This document shows, piece after piece, positions 1 through 8,695 of a stretch of DNA of 64,000 nucleotides. A program made the translations under genes and the position numbers. Source of the DNA: an uncultured Bacteroidales bacterium (GTDB lineage Bacteria > Bacteroidota > Bacteroidia > Bacteroidales > UBA932); contig CAMHIP010000001.1 of assembly GCA_946185205.1 (NCBI GenBank), forward strand, positions 630-64,629, in the 5' to 3' direction. The notes beneath the pieces were generated by a model, which was not told where the DNA came from, searched no databases, and saw only the letters and a program-made list of their open reading frames with translations. Numbering within the stretch: the stretch's first letter is position 1; the number at the start of each line of letters is the position of its first letter.

Positions 1-675
1 CTCCATCAGGGCGTCGTCAAACTCGGCGGCCTTCTCGATGAGGGCGGCGCGGGCCTCTTCGGCCTGGTCCTTGAACTCGGCGGGAATCTCGAGGTCCTCG
101 CGGGTGCCGTTGGCATCCTTGAAGTGGTAGTATTTCATCGTCAGGACATCCACGAAACCGTCGAAGGCGGTGCCGGGGTTGGTCGGGAACTGCACATAGA
201 CAGCCTTGCCGCCGATGGACTCCTTGATGGAGTTCTGGATGTTGTCCCAGTCGGCCTTCTCGCTGTCCAGCTGGTTGACGGCCACCACGAGGGGCAGTTT
301 CTTGCTGTCGGCCATGCGGAGGAAGTTCTCCGTGCCCACCTCGACGCCCTGTTGGGCGTTGATCACGAGCACGCCGCTCTCACACACCCTGAAGGCAGCA
401 TAGGCGCCGCCGATGAAATCGTCGGAACCCGGCGTGTCGATGAAGTTGATCTTGGCGTTCTGGAACTCGGCGTACAGCGGGGTCGCATAGATGGAGCGCT
501 GGTTGAGCTTTTCGAGTTCGTCGTTGTCCGAGAGGGTGTTCTTGTCTTCGACAGTGCCCCTGCGGTCGATCACCTTGCCCTCAAAGAGCATGGCTTCAGC
601 GAGCGTGGTCTTGCCGGACTTGGATGCACCGAGCAGGGCCACGTTGCGGATGTCTTTGGTAGAATAATCTTTCAT
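1..675 (-). CDS. fusA: Elongation factor G paralogue (EF-G2-like), 5' part; runs off the window start
   Basis: Manual translation MKDYSTKDIRNVALLGASKSGKTTLAEAMLFEGKVIDRRGTVE...INFIDTPGSDDF: G1 and DTPG motifs of a translational GTPase. Divergent G1 and NQLD (instead of NKMD) fit the EF-G2 type. Not in the ORF track because the stop is outside the window. Confidence 0.9.
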   Translation of the reverse strand, partial: MKDYSTKDIRNVALLGASKSGKTTLAEAMLFEGKVIDRRGTVEDKNTLSDNDELEKLNQRSIYATPLYAEFQNAKINFIDTPGSDDFIGGAYAAFRVCESGVLVINAQQGVEVGTENFLRMADSKKLPLVVAVNQLDSEKADWDNIQNSIKESIGGKAVYVQFPTNPGTAFDGFVDVLTMKYYHFKDANGTREDLEIPAEFKDQAEEARAALIEKAAEFDDALME

Positions 676-711
676 TTGTGCGTATGGTGTATTAATTATT
701 AGTCAAGTCCG

Positions 712-743
712 CAAATCTAATCATTTTTACGGCCATTCGCAAA
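712..743 (-). promoter_or_regulatory. Bacteroidota primary-sigma promoter for the EF-G paralogue
   Basis: Minus strand TTTG-N20-TAGATTTG matches the -33/-7 consensus TTTG-N19-21-TAnnTTTG. Confidence 0.7.
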
Positions 744-929
744 TCAATCTTCAAGCCCGCCCAACATAAAAGTCTCGCCGCCCACGCCGAGCTCCCGGAA
801 GACGGCTTCGTCGAGCTCGCCGGGCAGGACGCCCAGGCGGCGGCAGGCGGCAGGAAAATCAGGCATGTCCGGGTCCGTCTCCGTGAGGCGGACAAAGCGG
901 TCGAACAGGGTTTCTTCTCTACGGGTCAT
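744..929 (-). CDS. Small hypothetical protein (61 aa), possibly a single helix-turn-helix
   Basis: ATG at 929; GC-rich coding-like codons; DFPAACRRLGVLPGELDEAVFRELG resembles an HTH; divergent from the XRE gene. Confidence 0.5.
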   Translation of the reverse strand: MTRREETLFDRFVRLTETDPDMPDFPAACRRLGVLPGELDEAVFRELGVGGETFMLGGLED

Positions 930-1111
930 GGCGTTGTCGTTTTGTTGCCGCAAAAATGGCACACTGTCTCAAAAAAAACAACATGCGCCGGGGGTAAAAC
1001 CGGGGGTAAAACCCATTAAAAATACGATTTTTACACACTTGTCCGCAAAACACGGACAAGGTCCGCCTTTTTTGTTGCCGGAATCCCGGGGACAAGGTGT
1101 ATTTTTGGCAT

Positions 1112-1519
1112 GTGAAAGGGGACTTTTTCCATACCAACCTCCGCGCCGCACGCGAGCGCGCCGGACTCTCCCAGGCCGAGCTGGCCGAAGAAATCGGCGT
1201 GGCCCGGACCACCATCGTGTATCTGGAGAGCGGCAAGACGCAGCTCGTCAGCAAGACGGTCCCCCTGATCGCCGCCCGGCTGGGCCTGTCGGTCGAAGAA
1301 CTGCTCTGCGGCGTCCCGCAGGAGACGCTGATCCGGGGAGACGAGCAGGTCTGGCGGGAGCGGGAGCAGACCCTGAAAGAAGAATACGAGCGCAGGCTCT
1401 CCGCGCTGCAGGACAAGCTCGACACCGAGAAACGCATCAACAAGGTCCTGCAAGCCAATGTCGATTCACTGAACGCCTCGTACGAATATCTGCTCCAGCA
1501 GCTCCGCAAGGAGCAGTGA
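1112..1519 (+). CDS. XRE-family HTH transcriptional regulator with C-terminal coiled coil
   Basis: NLRAARERAGLSQAELAEEIGVARTTIVYLESGK is a classic HTH_3. Start uncertain: GTG 1112 just after a TATTTTTG box, versus 1097 in the track. Confidence 0.85.
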   Translation: MKGDFFHTNLRAARERAGLSQAELAEEIGVARTTIVYLESGKTQLVSKTVPLIAARLGLSVEELLCGVPQETLIRGDEQVWREREQTLKEEYERRLSALQDKLDTEKRINKVLQANVDSLNASYEYLLQQLRKEQ

Positions 1520-1544
1520 AAATTATTTATTATCTTTGTGCGAT

Positions 1545-2156
1545 ATGCACGAACCCCATCTTCTCGCGTGTCTCGAACCCGGACGGCTGGAAGCCGGATG
1601 CGACGAGGCAGGACGCGGCCCCCTCGCCGGCCCCGTCTATGCCGCCGCCGTCATCCTGCCCGCAGATTTCCGGCATCCGTTGCTGGACGATTCGAAGCGG
1701 ATGAGCGAGAAGGCGCGCGACGAGCTGCGCCCGATCATCGAGCGGGAGGCCGTCGCGTGGGCCGTGGAGGCCGTGCAGGCGGAGGAGATCGACCGCCTCA
1801 ACATCCTCGGCGCCTCGCTGGAAGGCATGCGGCGGGCGGTGCGGCGGCTGGGCGTGCGGCCGGATTTCCTGCTGATCGACGGCAACCGGTGGCTTCCCTT
1901 TGACGGCTACCCCTACCGGACCGTCGTGCACGGCGACGCCACCTACGCGAGCATCGCGGCGGCGTCCGTGCTTGCGAAGACCTGGCGCGACGAGAAGATG
2001 CGCGAACTCGCCCTGCAGTACCCCGACTACGGCTGGGACCACAATTTCGGCTACCCCACCCCGGAGCACATCGCCGCCATCAAGCGGCACGGCTACTGCC
2101 CGGAGCACCGCAGGTCCTTCCACCCCAAAGAATTGGAACCAAGTATATTCGGATAA
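1545..2156 (+). CDS. rnhB: Ribonuclease HII
   Basis: GCDEAGRGPLAGPV, DSKR, LIDGN, SIAAASVLAK and GYPT motifs. Confidence 0.95.
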   Translation: MHEPHLLACLEPGRLEAGCDEAGRGPLAGPVYAAAVILPADFRHPLLDDSKRMSEKARDELRPIIEREAVAWAVEAVQAEEIDRLNILGASLEGMRRAVRRLGVRPDFLLIDGNRWLPFDGYPYRTVVHGDATYASIAAASVLAKTWRDEKMRELALQYPDYGWDHNFGYPTPEHIAAIKRHGYCPEHRRSFHPKELEPSIFG

Positions 2157-4268
2157 ATGAAGAAAGTATTATTGACCGTTGCCACCGCCCTGCTGCTGAT
2201 GCCGGCCGCCCTGCGCGCCGACGAGGGAATGTGGCTCCTGCCGCTGCTCGAAAAGATGAACAGCGACGCCCTGCGCAACCTCGGCTCCCGCCTCACCCCG
2301 GAGCAGATCTACAGCGTCAACCACGCTTCCATCAAGGATGCCATCGTCCAGTTCGGCGGCGGCTGCACCGGCGAGATCATCTCGGGCAGCGGCCTGCTGG
2401 TGACCAACCACCACTGCGGCTACGGCAACATCCAGGCCCTTTCCTCCACGGAGCACAACTACCTGGAGGACGGCTATTTCGCCATGTCCCGCGAGGAGGA
2501 GCTGCCCTGCCCGGGCCTCACGGTCCGCTTCCTGCAGAGCATGACCGACGTGACGGACGATCTCGCCGCCGGCAAGAGCCGCCAGGAACTGATCGCCGCG
2601 GCCGAGCAGGCGAATCCGAACTGCCAGGTGCGCATCGTCAGCTTCTACAACGACAACGTCAACTACCTGATCGTCTCCAAGATCTACCGCGACGTCCGCT
2701 TCGTGGGCGCCCCGCCGGCATCGTCCGGCAAATTCGGCGGCGATACCGACAACTGGATGTGGCCGCGCCACACCTGCGACTTCTCCATGTTCCGCGTCTA
2801 TGCCGGGGCGGACAACGAGCCGGCCGACTACTCCCCCGACAATGTCCCGATGCGCCCGCGCCAGTTCCTGAACATCTCGCTCAAGGGCGTGCAGGAAGGC
2901 GATTTCGCCATGATCATGGGCTACCCGGGCAGCACGCAGCGCTTCCAGACCGCCGCGCAGCTTCAGGACATGCTGAACAACAATGACGTCCGCATCGCCG
3001 CCCGCGGCGTGCGCCAGGACGTCCTCTGGAAAGCCATGCGCGCCGACGAGAAAGTGGGCCTGCAGTATGCCAGCAAGTATTCCGGCTCCTCCAACGGCTG
3101 GAAGAAGTGGATCGGCGAGAAGGAAGCCTTCGAGGCCCTGGACATCATCGGCCGCGAGGAGCAGAAGGAGCGTGAGCTGAACGCCTGGATCGGCGCCGAC
3201 GCGGGCCGCAAGACCGCCTGGGGCAACGCCATTTCGCGCATTGCCGACAACGTGCAGCAGACGGCCGAAGCCAAATATGCCGGCACCCTGCTCACCGAGA
3301 CCCTGGGCCGCATCGAGATCCTCAACTTTGCCGCCACGCTCGCCAGCGTGCCCCGGATGATCACCCGGATGCGCGAGCAGAACCCCGACGCGCAGATCGA
3401 CGAAGAGGCGGTTTACAAGGAGCTGATGGACGCCATCCGCGAGGAGTACAAAGACTACGACGCCTCCGTGGACCGCGACGTGGCCATCGCCATGATCGAC
3501 CACTACAAGGCCCACGTCAACCCGGCCGACGCCGTGCTGATCAAAGGCAAGAGCATCCTCACGCAGGACACCCGCAAGCTGGTCGACAACATCTTCAAAA
3601 AGAGCATCTTCACCTCGGAGGAGAAACTTATGGCCAAGCCCGTCACCGAGAAAATGCTCGCCGCCGACCCGGCCGTCCAATTCGCCGATGCCGTGACGGC
3701 GGCCGCCCAGCCGCTCTCGCAGGCGCTTATGTCCGGCCGCCAGGACCTCGCCGACGCGTCCCGTGCCTACGGCGCCGCCCTGCTCAAATGGAACGAGGGC
3801 AAGCCCAGCTATCCCGACGCCAACAGCACCTGCCGCCTCACCTACGGCACCGTCAAGAGCTACGAGCCCAAGGACGGCGTACTTTATAAATACTACACGA
3901 CCCTCAAGGGCGTGATGGAGAAGGAAGACCCGGACAACTACGAGTTCCGCGTCCCGGCCAAGCTGAAGGAGATCTGGGAGAAGAAGGATTTCGGCCAGTA
4001 TGCCAACGAGAAGGGCGAGGTCGTGGCCTGCTTCCTGACCAACCTCGACATCACGGGCGGCAACTCCGGCAGCCCGGTGATGGACGCCGACGGCAACCTG
4101 ATCGGCCTGGCCTTCGACGGCAACTGGGAAGCGATGAGCAGCGACGTGATGTTCGAGCCCAACCTGCAGCGCTGCATCTGCGTGGACATCCGCTATGTCC
4201 TGCTGATGGTGGACAAGTTCGCCGGCGCCGGCTGGCTCCTGAATGAAATGAATCTTGTAAGAGAATAA
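2157..4268 (+). CDS. S46-family dipeptidyl peptidase (DPP7-like)
   Basis: Signal peptide then DEGMW, TNHHC, DNWMWPRH and catalytic TGGNSGSPV. AFDGNWE has Gly at the S1 position (DPP7 type) rather than Arg (DPP11 type). Confidence 0.92.
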   Translation: MKKVLLTVATALLLMPAALRADEGMWLLPLLEKMNSDALRNLGSRLTPEQIYSVNHASIKDAIVQFGGGCTGEIISGSGLLVTNHHCGYGNIQALSSTEHNYLEDGYFAMSREEELPCPGLTVRFLQSMTDVTDDLAAGKSRQELIAAAEQANPNCQVRIVSFYNDNVNYLIVSKIYRDVRFVGAPPASSGKFGGDTDNWMWPRHTCDFSMFRVYAGADNEPADYSPDNVPMRPRQFLNISLKGVQEGDFAMIMGYPGSTQRFQTAAQLQDMLNNNDVRIAARGVRQDVLWKAMRADEKVGLQYASKYSGSSNGWKKWIGEKEAFEALDIIGREEQKERELNAWIGADAGRKTAWGNAISRIADNVQQTAEAKYAGTLLTETLGRIEILNFAATLASVPRMITRMREQNPDAQIDEEAVYKELMDAIREEYKDYDASVDRDVAIAMIDHYKAHVNPADAVLIKGKSILTQDTRKLVDNIFKKSIFTSEEKLMAKPVTEKMLAADPAVQFADAVTAAAQPLSQALMSGRQDLADASRAYGAALLKWNEGKPSYPDANSTCRLTYGTVKSYEPKDGVLYKYYTTLKGVMEKEDPDNYEFRVPAKLKEIWEKKDFGQYANEKGEVVACFLTNLDITGGNSGSPVMDADGNLIGLAFDGNWEAMSSDVMFEPNLQRCICVDIRYVLLMVDKFAGAGWLLNEMNLVRE

Positions 4269-5338
4269 TGATCAGTAGAGAAGACATTCTGCAGGCCCTG
4301 CGGGAAGTGCACCATCCCGCCCGCCAGGACCGTGACATCGTGGAGCTCGGGATGGTCTCCGACGTGGAGATTTCGGAGGAAAAGGTCACCGTCACCCTCG
4401 GTTTCCCGAAACGGCGCGACCCCCTGACCGAATACCTCGTGGGCAGCGCCCGGGCGGCCCTCATCCGCCACCTTCCCGACTCCGTGGCATCGGAGGTCAA
4501 GGCCGTGGTGGTCGAGGAGGACAAGCCGAAGAAGAAGGGCCTCGCGCTCGGGCTGGAGCAGCTCGCCGAGGTCCGGCACATCGTCGGCATCGCCTCCGGC
4601 AAAGGCGGCGTCGGGAAATCCACCGTAGCCGTCAACCTCGCCTGCGCGCTCGCGCGGATGGGATACAAGGTCGGCCTGGCCGATGCGGACGTGTATGGTC
4701 CTTCCGTGCCCGTGATGACGGGGACGGAAGGCGCCGTGCCTGCCGCGGAGCCCGGCCCGGAGGAGGGTCAGGAGCTCATCCTTCCGCTGGAGAAATATGG
4801 CGTGAAGTGGATGTCCATCGGGTATTTCGCGGAGCGGGGCCAGGCCCTGATCTGGCGCGGTCCGATGGCCTGCAACGCCCTCAAACAGATGATCCTGCAG
4901 GTCAAGTGGGGGCCGCTCGACTTCCTGCTCATCGACATGCCCCCGGGCACGGGCGACATCCACATTTCGCTTGTGCAGGACATCCCGATGGAGGGTGCCG
5001 TGATCGTCACGACCCCGCAGACGGTGGCCCTGGCCGACGTGGAGAAGGGGGTCAACCTGTTCCGCAACGAGAATGTGAACCGGCCGATCTTCGGCCTGGT
5101 CGAGAATATGTCGTGGTTCACGCCGGAGGAGCATCCGGACGAGAAGTACTATATTTTCGGCCGCGACGGCGGCGCGCAGATGGCCCGCGGGCTGGGCATC
5201 GACCTGCTGGGGCGCATTCCGCTCGTGCAGGGCATCCGCGAGAGCGGCGATGCCGGCGAGCCGGTGGCCCTGGGCAGCCGTCCCGATTCTCTCGCTTTCC
5301 TCGAACTGGCCGGCAAGCTGGCCGAAAAGCTCGGCTAG
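4268..5338 (+). CDS. Mrp/NBP35 (ApbC) Fe-S cluster carrier ATPase
   Basis: SGKGGVGKST, DADVYGPS, WRGPM, DMPPGTGD, TTPQ and ENMS motifs. Confidence 0.93.
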   Translation: MISREDILQALREVHHPARQDRDIVELGMVSDVEISEEKVTVTLGFPKRRDPLTEYLVGSARAALIRHLPDSVASEVKAVVVEEDKPKKKGLALGLEQLAEVRHIVGIASGKGGVGKSTVAVNLACALARMGYKVGLADADVYGPSVPVMTGTEGAVPAAEPGPEEGQELILPLEKYGVKWMSIGYFAERGQALIWRGPMACNALKQMILQVKWGPLDFLLIDMPPGTGDIHISLVQDIPMEGAVIVTTPQTVALADVEKGVNLFRNENVNRPIFGLVENMSWFTPEEHPDEKYYIFGRDGGAQMARGLGIDLLGRIPLVQGIRESGDAGEPVALGSRPDSLAFLELAGKLAEKLG

Positions 5339-6226
5339 ATGGAGGTCCGCGCAAAAAAGGCTCTGGGACAGCATTTCCTGACCGACTTGTCCGTCGCTCA
5401 GAGAATTGTTGACGCCCTAACCCCCGGAGAGGGTACTGCCCCGCAGAACTTCGCTTCGCTCATCCCTCCCACGCCTGACGGCGCGGGCCCCTCCCGTTCA
5501 CGAAGCCACGGGCGGCCACGGTTCTGCGAGGCAGTACCCTCTCCGGGGGACGTCCGCAACGTGCTGGAAATCGGACCGGGAATGGGGGTGCTGACGCAGT
5601 ATCTGCTTCAGCGACAGGACATTGACCTGAAACTGGTGGAGCTGGACGGGGAGTCGGTGGACTATCTGCTGACCCACTTTCCGGGCATGCCGGGCCGCCT
5701 CTACCAGGCCGACTACCTGCGCCTTGACATCCACAAGCTCTTCCCGGGCCCCTACCGCGTCATCGGCAACTTCCCCTACAACATCTCCTCGCAGATCTTC
5801 TTCAAGATCCTGGACGACAAGGACCGCATCCCGGAAGTGGTCTGCATGATCCAGAAGGAAGTGGCGGAGCGCATCGCCGAGCAACCGGGCAGCAAGACCT
5901 ACGGCATCCTCTCGGTGCTGCTCCAGGCCTGGTACGACATCGAATACCTGTTCACCGTCGGCCCCGGCGCCTTCGCCCCGCCGCCCAAGGTGCAGTCCGC
6001 CGTGATCCGCCTGCGGCGCAATGGCCGCACGGAGCTCGGCTGCGACGAGAAGCTGTTCAAGACGGTGGTCAAGACCGCCTTCAACCAACGCCGCAAGACC
6101 CTGCGCAACGCCCTCAAACCCCTCCTCCCGGAGGGATTCGACGCCTCCGACCCGGTCTTCGACCTGCGCGCCGAGCGCCTTGGCGTCGAAGACTTCGTGG
6201 CGCTGACCCAATTGATTAACCCATAA
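5339..6226 (+). CDS. rsmA: 16S rRNA m6,2A dimethyltransferase with a 43-aa palindrome-derived insertion
   Basis: AKKALGQHFL, VLEIGPGMG, GNFPYNIS, QKEVAER, PPPKVQS and FNQRRK motifs. Confidence 0.95.
   Translation: MEVRAKKALGQHFLTDLSVAQRIVDALTPGEGTAPQNFASLIPPTPDGAGPSRSRSHGRPRFCEAVPSPGDVRNVLEIGPGMGVLTQYLLQRQDIDLKLVELDGESVDYLLTHFPGMPGRLYQADYLRLDIHKLFPGPYRVIGNFPYNISSQIFFKILDDKDRIPEVVCMIQKEVAERIAEQPGSKTYGILSVLLQAWYDIEYLFTVGPGAFAPPPKVQSAVIRLRRNGRTELGCDEKLFKTVVKTAFNQRRKTLRNALKPLLPEGFDASDPVFDLRAERLGVEDFVALTQLINP
5421..5549. repeat. 129-bp palindromic element inserted in frame in rsmA
   Basis: Arms CCCCCGGAGAGGGTACTGCCCCGCAGAAC (5421-5449) and GTTCTGCGAGGCAGTACCCTCTCCGGGGG (5521-5549) are 28/29 complementary; length equals 43 codons. 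Confidence 0.9.
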
Positions 6227-6239
6227 TAGTATCCATCCC

Positions 6240-7889
6240 ATGAAAAAATCCTTTCACCTCCTTCTGATGGCCGCTGCGGCCCTCTTCAGCGCCTGCAACG
6301 GCGGCTCCGGCAACGGCACCGCCGAGCTCGGCTACGACCCGGATGCCCAGCAACTCCTGATCGGCGAAGACATCGCCGTGGTCCGGACCACCTACGGCAC
6401 CGTCAAAGGTTTCATCTACCAGAATGTCAACACCTTCCTGGGCATTCCCTACGGTGATGACACCAGCGGCGAGAACCGTTTCATGCCCCCGAAACCCCCG
6501 AAGCCCTGGGAGGGCGTCCTGCCCACGGTCTGGTACCCGACCTCGGCCCCGCAGCGCCCCTACACCGAGGGGGCCACGCCCTACGCCCAGTTCCGCGACC
6601 GCTGGAACTATGACGGTTTCGGCGAAGACTGCCTCAAGCTCAATGTCTGGACACCCGGACTGGATGCCGCCAGGCGGCCTGTCCTCGTGTGGCTGCACGG
6701 CGGCGGCTTCTCGGCCGGCAACGGCGTGGAGCAGGACGGCTATATGGGCGGCAATTTCGCCCGGCGGCACGACGTGGTGTTCGTGTCCCTCAACCACCGA
6801 CTCAACAGCTTCGGTTTCAGCGATTTCGCCGCGGTCGGCGGGGAGAAGTACAAGCACTCCGGCAACGTCGGCATGCTCGACATCATCTTCGCCCTCCAGT
6901 GGGTACACGACAACATCGCGGCCTTCGGCGGCGATCCGGGAAACGTGACCATCATGGGCCAGAGCGGCGGCGGCTCGAAAGTGACCATCGCAGCGGCCAT
7001 GCCTGCCGCCAAGGGACTGGTCCACAAGGCCTTCGCCATGAGCGGCGGCTCCGTGGCCGCCGGCGACAAGGCCTATGCCGAAGGGCTGGGCGCGCAGATC
7101 CTCAAGACCGCCGGGCTCAAGCCTTCGCAGATCGACAAGCTGCAGCAGATGCCCTGGCCGGAGTATTTTGCCCTGGCGAACAAGGCGGCCGCCGAGTACA
7201 ACGCCTCCCTGCCTGCCGGACAGCGCTACCGGGGATTCAGCCCCGTGGCGGACGGCGTGGACATCCCCCTCGGCGACTTCTACACCTCCGGCCGCGACGA
7301 CGTCCCCTGCGTGCCGATGATGCTCTCCACGACCACCAACGAATTCGTCTCCGACCGCGATACGCCCGAGCAGGAGAAACTCACCCGGGAAGATATCGTG
7401 AAGATGATGGAGCGCAGCTACGGGGAAAAATCCGGCGCCATCTACGACGAATTCGACCGGATCTTCCCCGGCAACAGCCCCTTCGGCGTCTATTCCATCG
7501 TGAGTTCGTCCCGGCAGAACGTCATCCGCATCGCCAACAACAAGCTTGCGCAGGGCCAGCCGGTCTATCTGGCCTGGTTCAACTGGTATCCGCACATCTT
7601 CGACGGCCTGCCCCGGGCGTTCCACTGCCTGGACATCAGCTTCTGGTTCAACAACACGGACCTGATGTACTCCCACTCCGGCGGCGGCAAGGAGCCGCGC
7701 GACCTCGCCGACAAGATGGGCGACGCGCTGGAGGCCTTCATGCGCACCGGCGACCCCAATACCGGCAAGAAGGGCGGACTGCCCCACTGGCCCCGCTACA
7801 CGCAGGAAGAAGGCGCCACGATGATCCTGAACAATGTCTCCCGCGTGGAGAACGATCCGGACCGTGCGGCCCGCGCCCTGATGGAATAA
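6240..7889 (+). CDS. Type-B carboxylesterase lipoprotein
   Basis: Lipobox FSAC; FLGIPY, EDCLKLNVW, HGGG, FGGDPGNVTIMGQSGGG nucleophile elbow; AFHCLD. Confidence 0.9.
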   Translation: MKKSFHLLLMAAAALFSACNGGSGNGTAELGYDPDAQQLLIGEDIAVVRTTYGTVKGFIYQNVNTFLGIPYGDDTSGENRFMPPKPPKPWEGVLPTVWYPTSAPQRPYTEGATPYAQFRDRWNYDGFGEDCLKLNVWTPGLDAARRPVLVWLHGGGFSAGNGVEQDGYMGGNFARRHDVVFVSLNHRLNSFGFSDFAAVGGEKYKHSGNVGMLDIIFALQWVHDNIAAFGGDPGNVTIMGQSGGGSKVTIAAAMPAAKGLVHKAFAMSGGSVAAGDKAYAEGLGAQILKTAGLKPSQIDKLQQMPWPEYFALANKAAAEYNASLPAGQRYRGFSPVADGVDIPLGDFYTSGRDDVPCVPMMLSTTTNEFVSDRDTPEQEKLTREDIVKMMERSYGEKSGAIYDEFDRIFPGNSPFGVYSIVSSSRQNVIRIANNKLAQGQPVYLAWFNWYPHIFDGLPRAFHCLDISFWFNNTDLMYSHSGGGKEPRDLADKMGDALEAFMRTGDPNTGKKGGLPHWPRYTQEEGATMILNNVSRVENDPDRAARALME

Positions 7890-7891
7890 AC

Positions 7892-8530
7892 TCAGACGTC
7901 GAACCCCCCGAAATAATAAAAAGCGGGAGAAGCGAAAGCGAACAGCCCTGTCTCGTGAAAGAGGCAGGACAGTCGGATCATGCCCATTTCCACGGTCTTG
8001 GGGACCTTGACGAAATAAATGTCCTCATCGATCTCTTCCTCCTGGTAAACCGTGCATCCATATTGCCGGGCCAGCGCTTCCAGCTGGTTGAAGGTCGTGG
8101 TGGCATTCAGCTTCACTGCGAAATTGTCCGATGCAGCCAGGTAGTCATCGCCTGAGCCCAGCATATAGGACACGGACTCGACGCCGTCCATATCCCGGAA
8201 AGCATGGAATGTATTCCGGGAGATCCGTCCGCCCGACTGCAGGACGGCGAATGCCTCATCCCCGCTCCCATCAAACGTATTATCACCCCAGCCCATCCGG
8301 CTATGGTATGTCCAAGGGTGAAGGGACGGGGCACTCTCCAGAATCTGCTGTTTCCGGGCTTCCGGAAGTCCCTTCCGGAACTGGATGAACAGCATGTCCC
8401 GCCGCTCCGTGAGATAGATCTTCTCATTGAAATAGTAGTAGAACAAGCCGTTGTTTTCCAACTTGGAACATCCCGCTGCCAGAAGCAGCAGCGGGATGAC
8501 CAGCCCAATCAATGGAGTACGCAATCGCAT
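7892..8530 (-). CDS. Hypothetical lipoprotein resembling the N-terminal pro-region of Bacteroidota S8 proteases, without a catalytic domain
   Basis: Lipobox AAGC; FYYYFNEKIYL and FHETGLFAFASPAF segments; visibly lower GC than its neighbours. The resemblance is from memory. Confidence 0.65.
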   Translation of the reverse strand: MRLRTPLIGLVIPLLLLAAGCSKLENNGLFYYYFNEKIYLTERRDMLFIQFRKGLPEARKQQILESAPSLHPWTYHSRMGWGDNTFDGSGDEAFAVLQSGGRISRNTFHAFRDMDGVESVSYMLGSGDDYLAASDNFAVKLNATTTFNQLEALARQYGCTVYQEEEIDEDIYFVKVPKTVEMGMIRLSCLFHETGLFAFASPAFYYFGGFDV

Positions 8531-8609
8531 ATAAATATTATTCCTTTTCTTCCATAACGTCGTCGCTGTCCAAAAACTGCCCGCTTCCGTTTATAAAATA
8601 CGTTTGACC

Positions 8610-8695
8610 GTCGTCGAGGGTCCACCAGTTGGACCCTCAACGGCATTTTGGGGCTATTTTGCTGTCGAGGGTCCTTTGTCTGTACCCTCAACAGC
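8610..8695. repeat. Palindrome doublet A1 (51-bp period)
   Basis: GTCGAGGGTCC-accagtt-GGACCCTCAAC (8613-8641) and GTCGAGGGTCC-tttgtct-GTACCCTCAAC (8664-8692), linker containing ATTTTGGGGCTATTTT. The second unit encodes the YfhO C-terminus. Confidence 0.85.
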
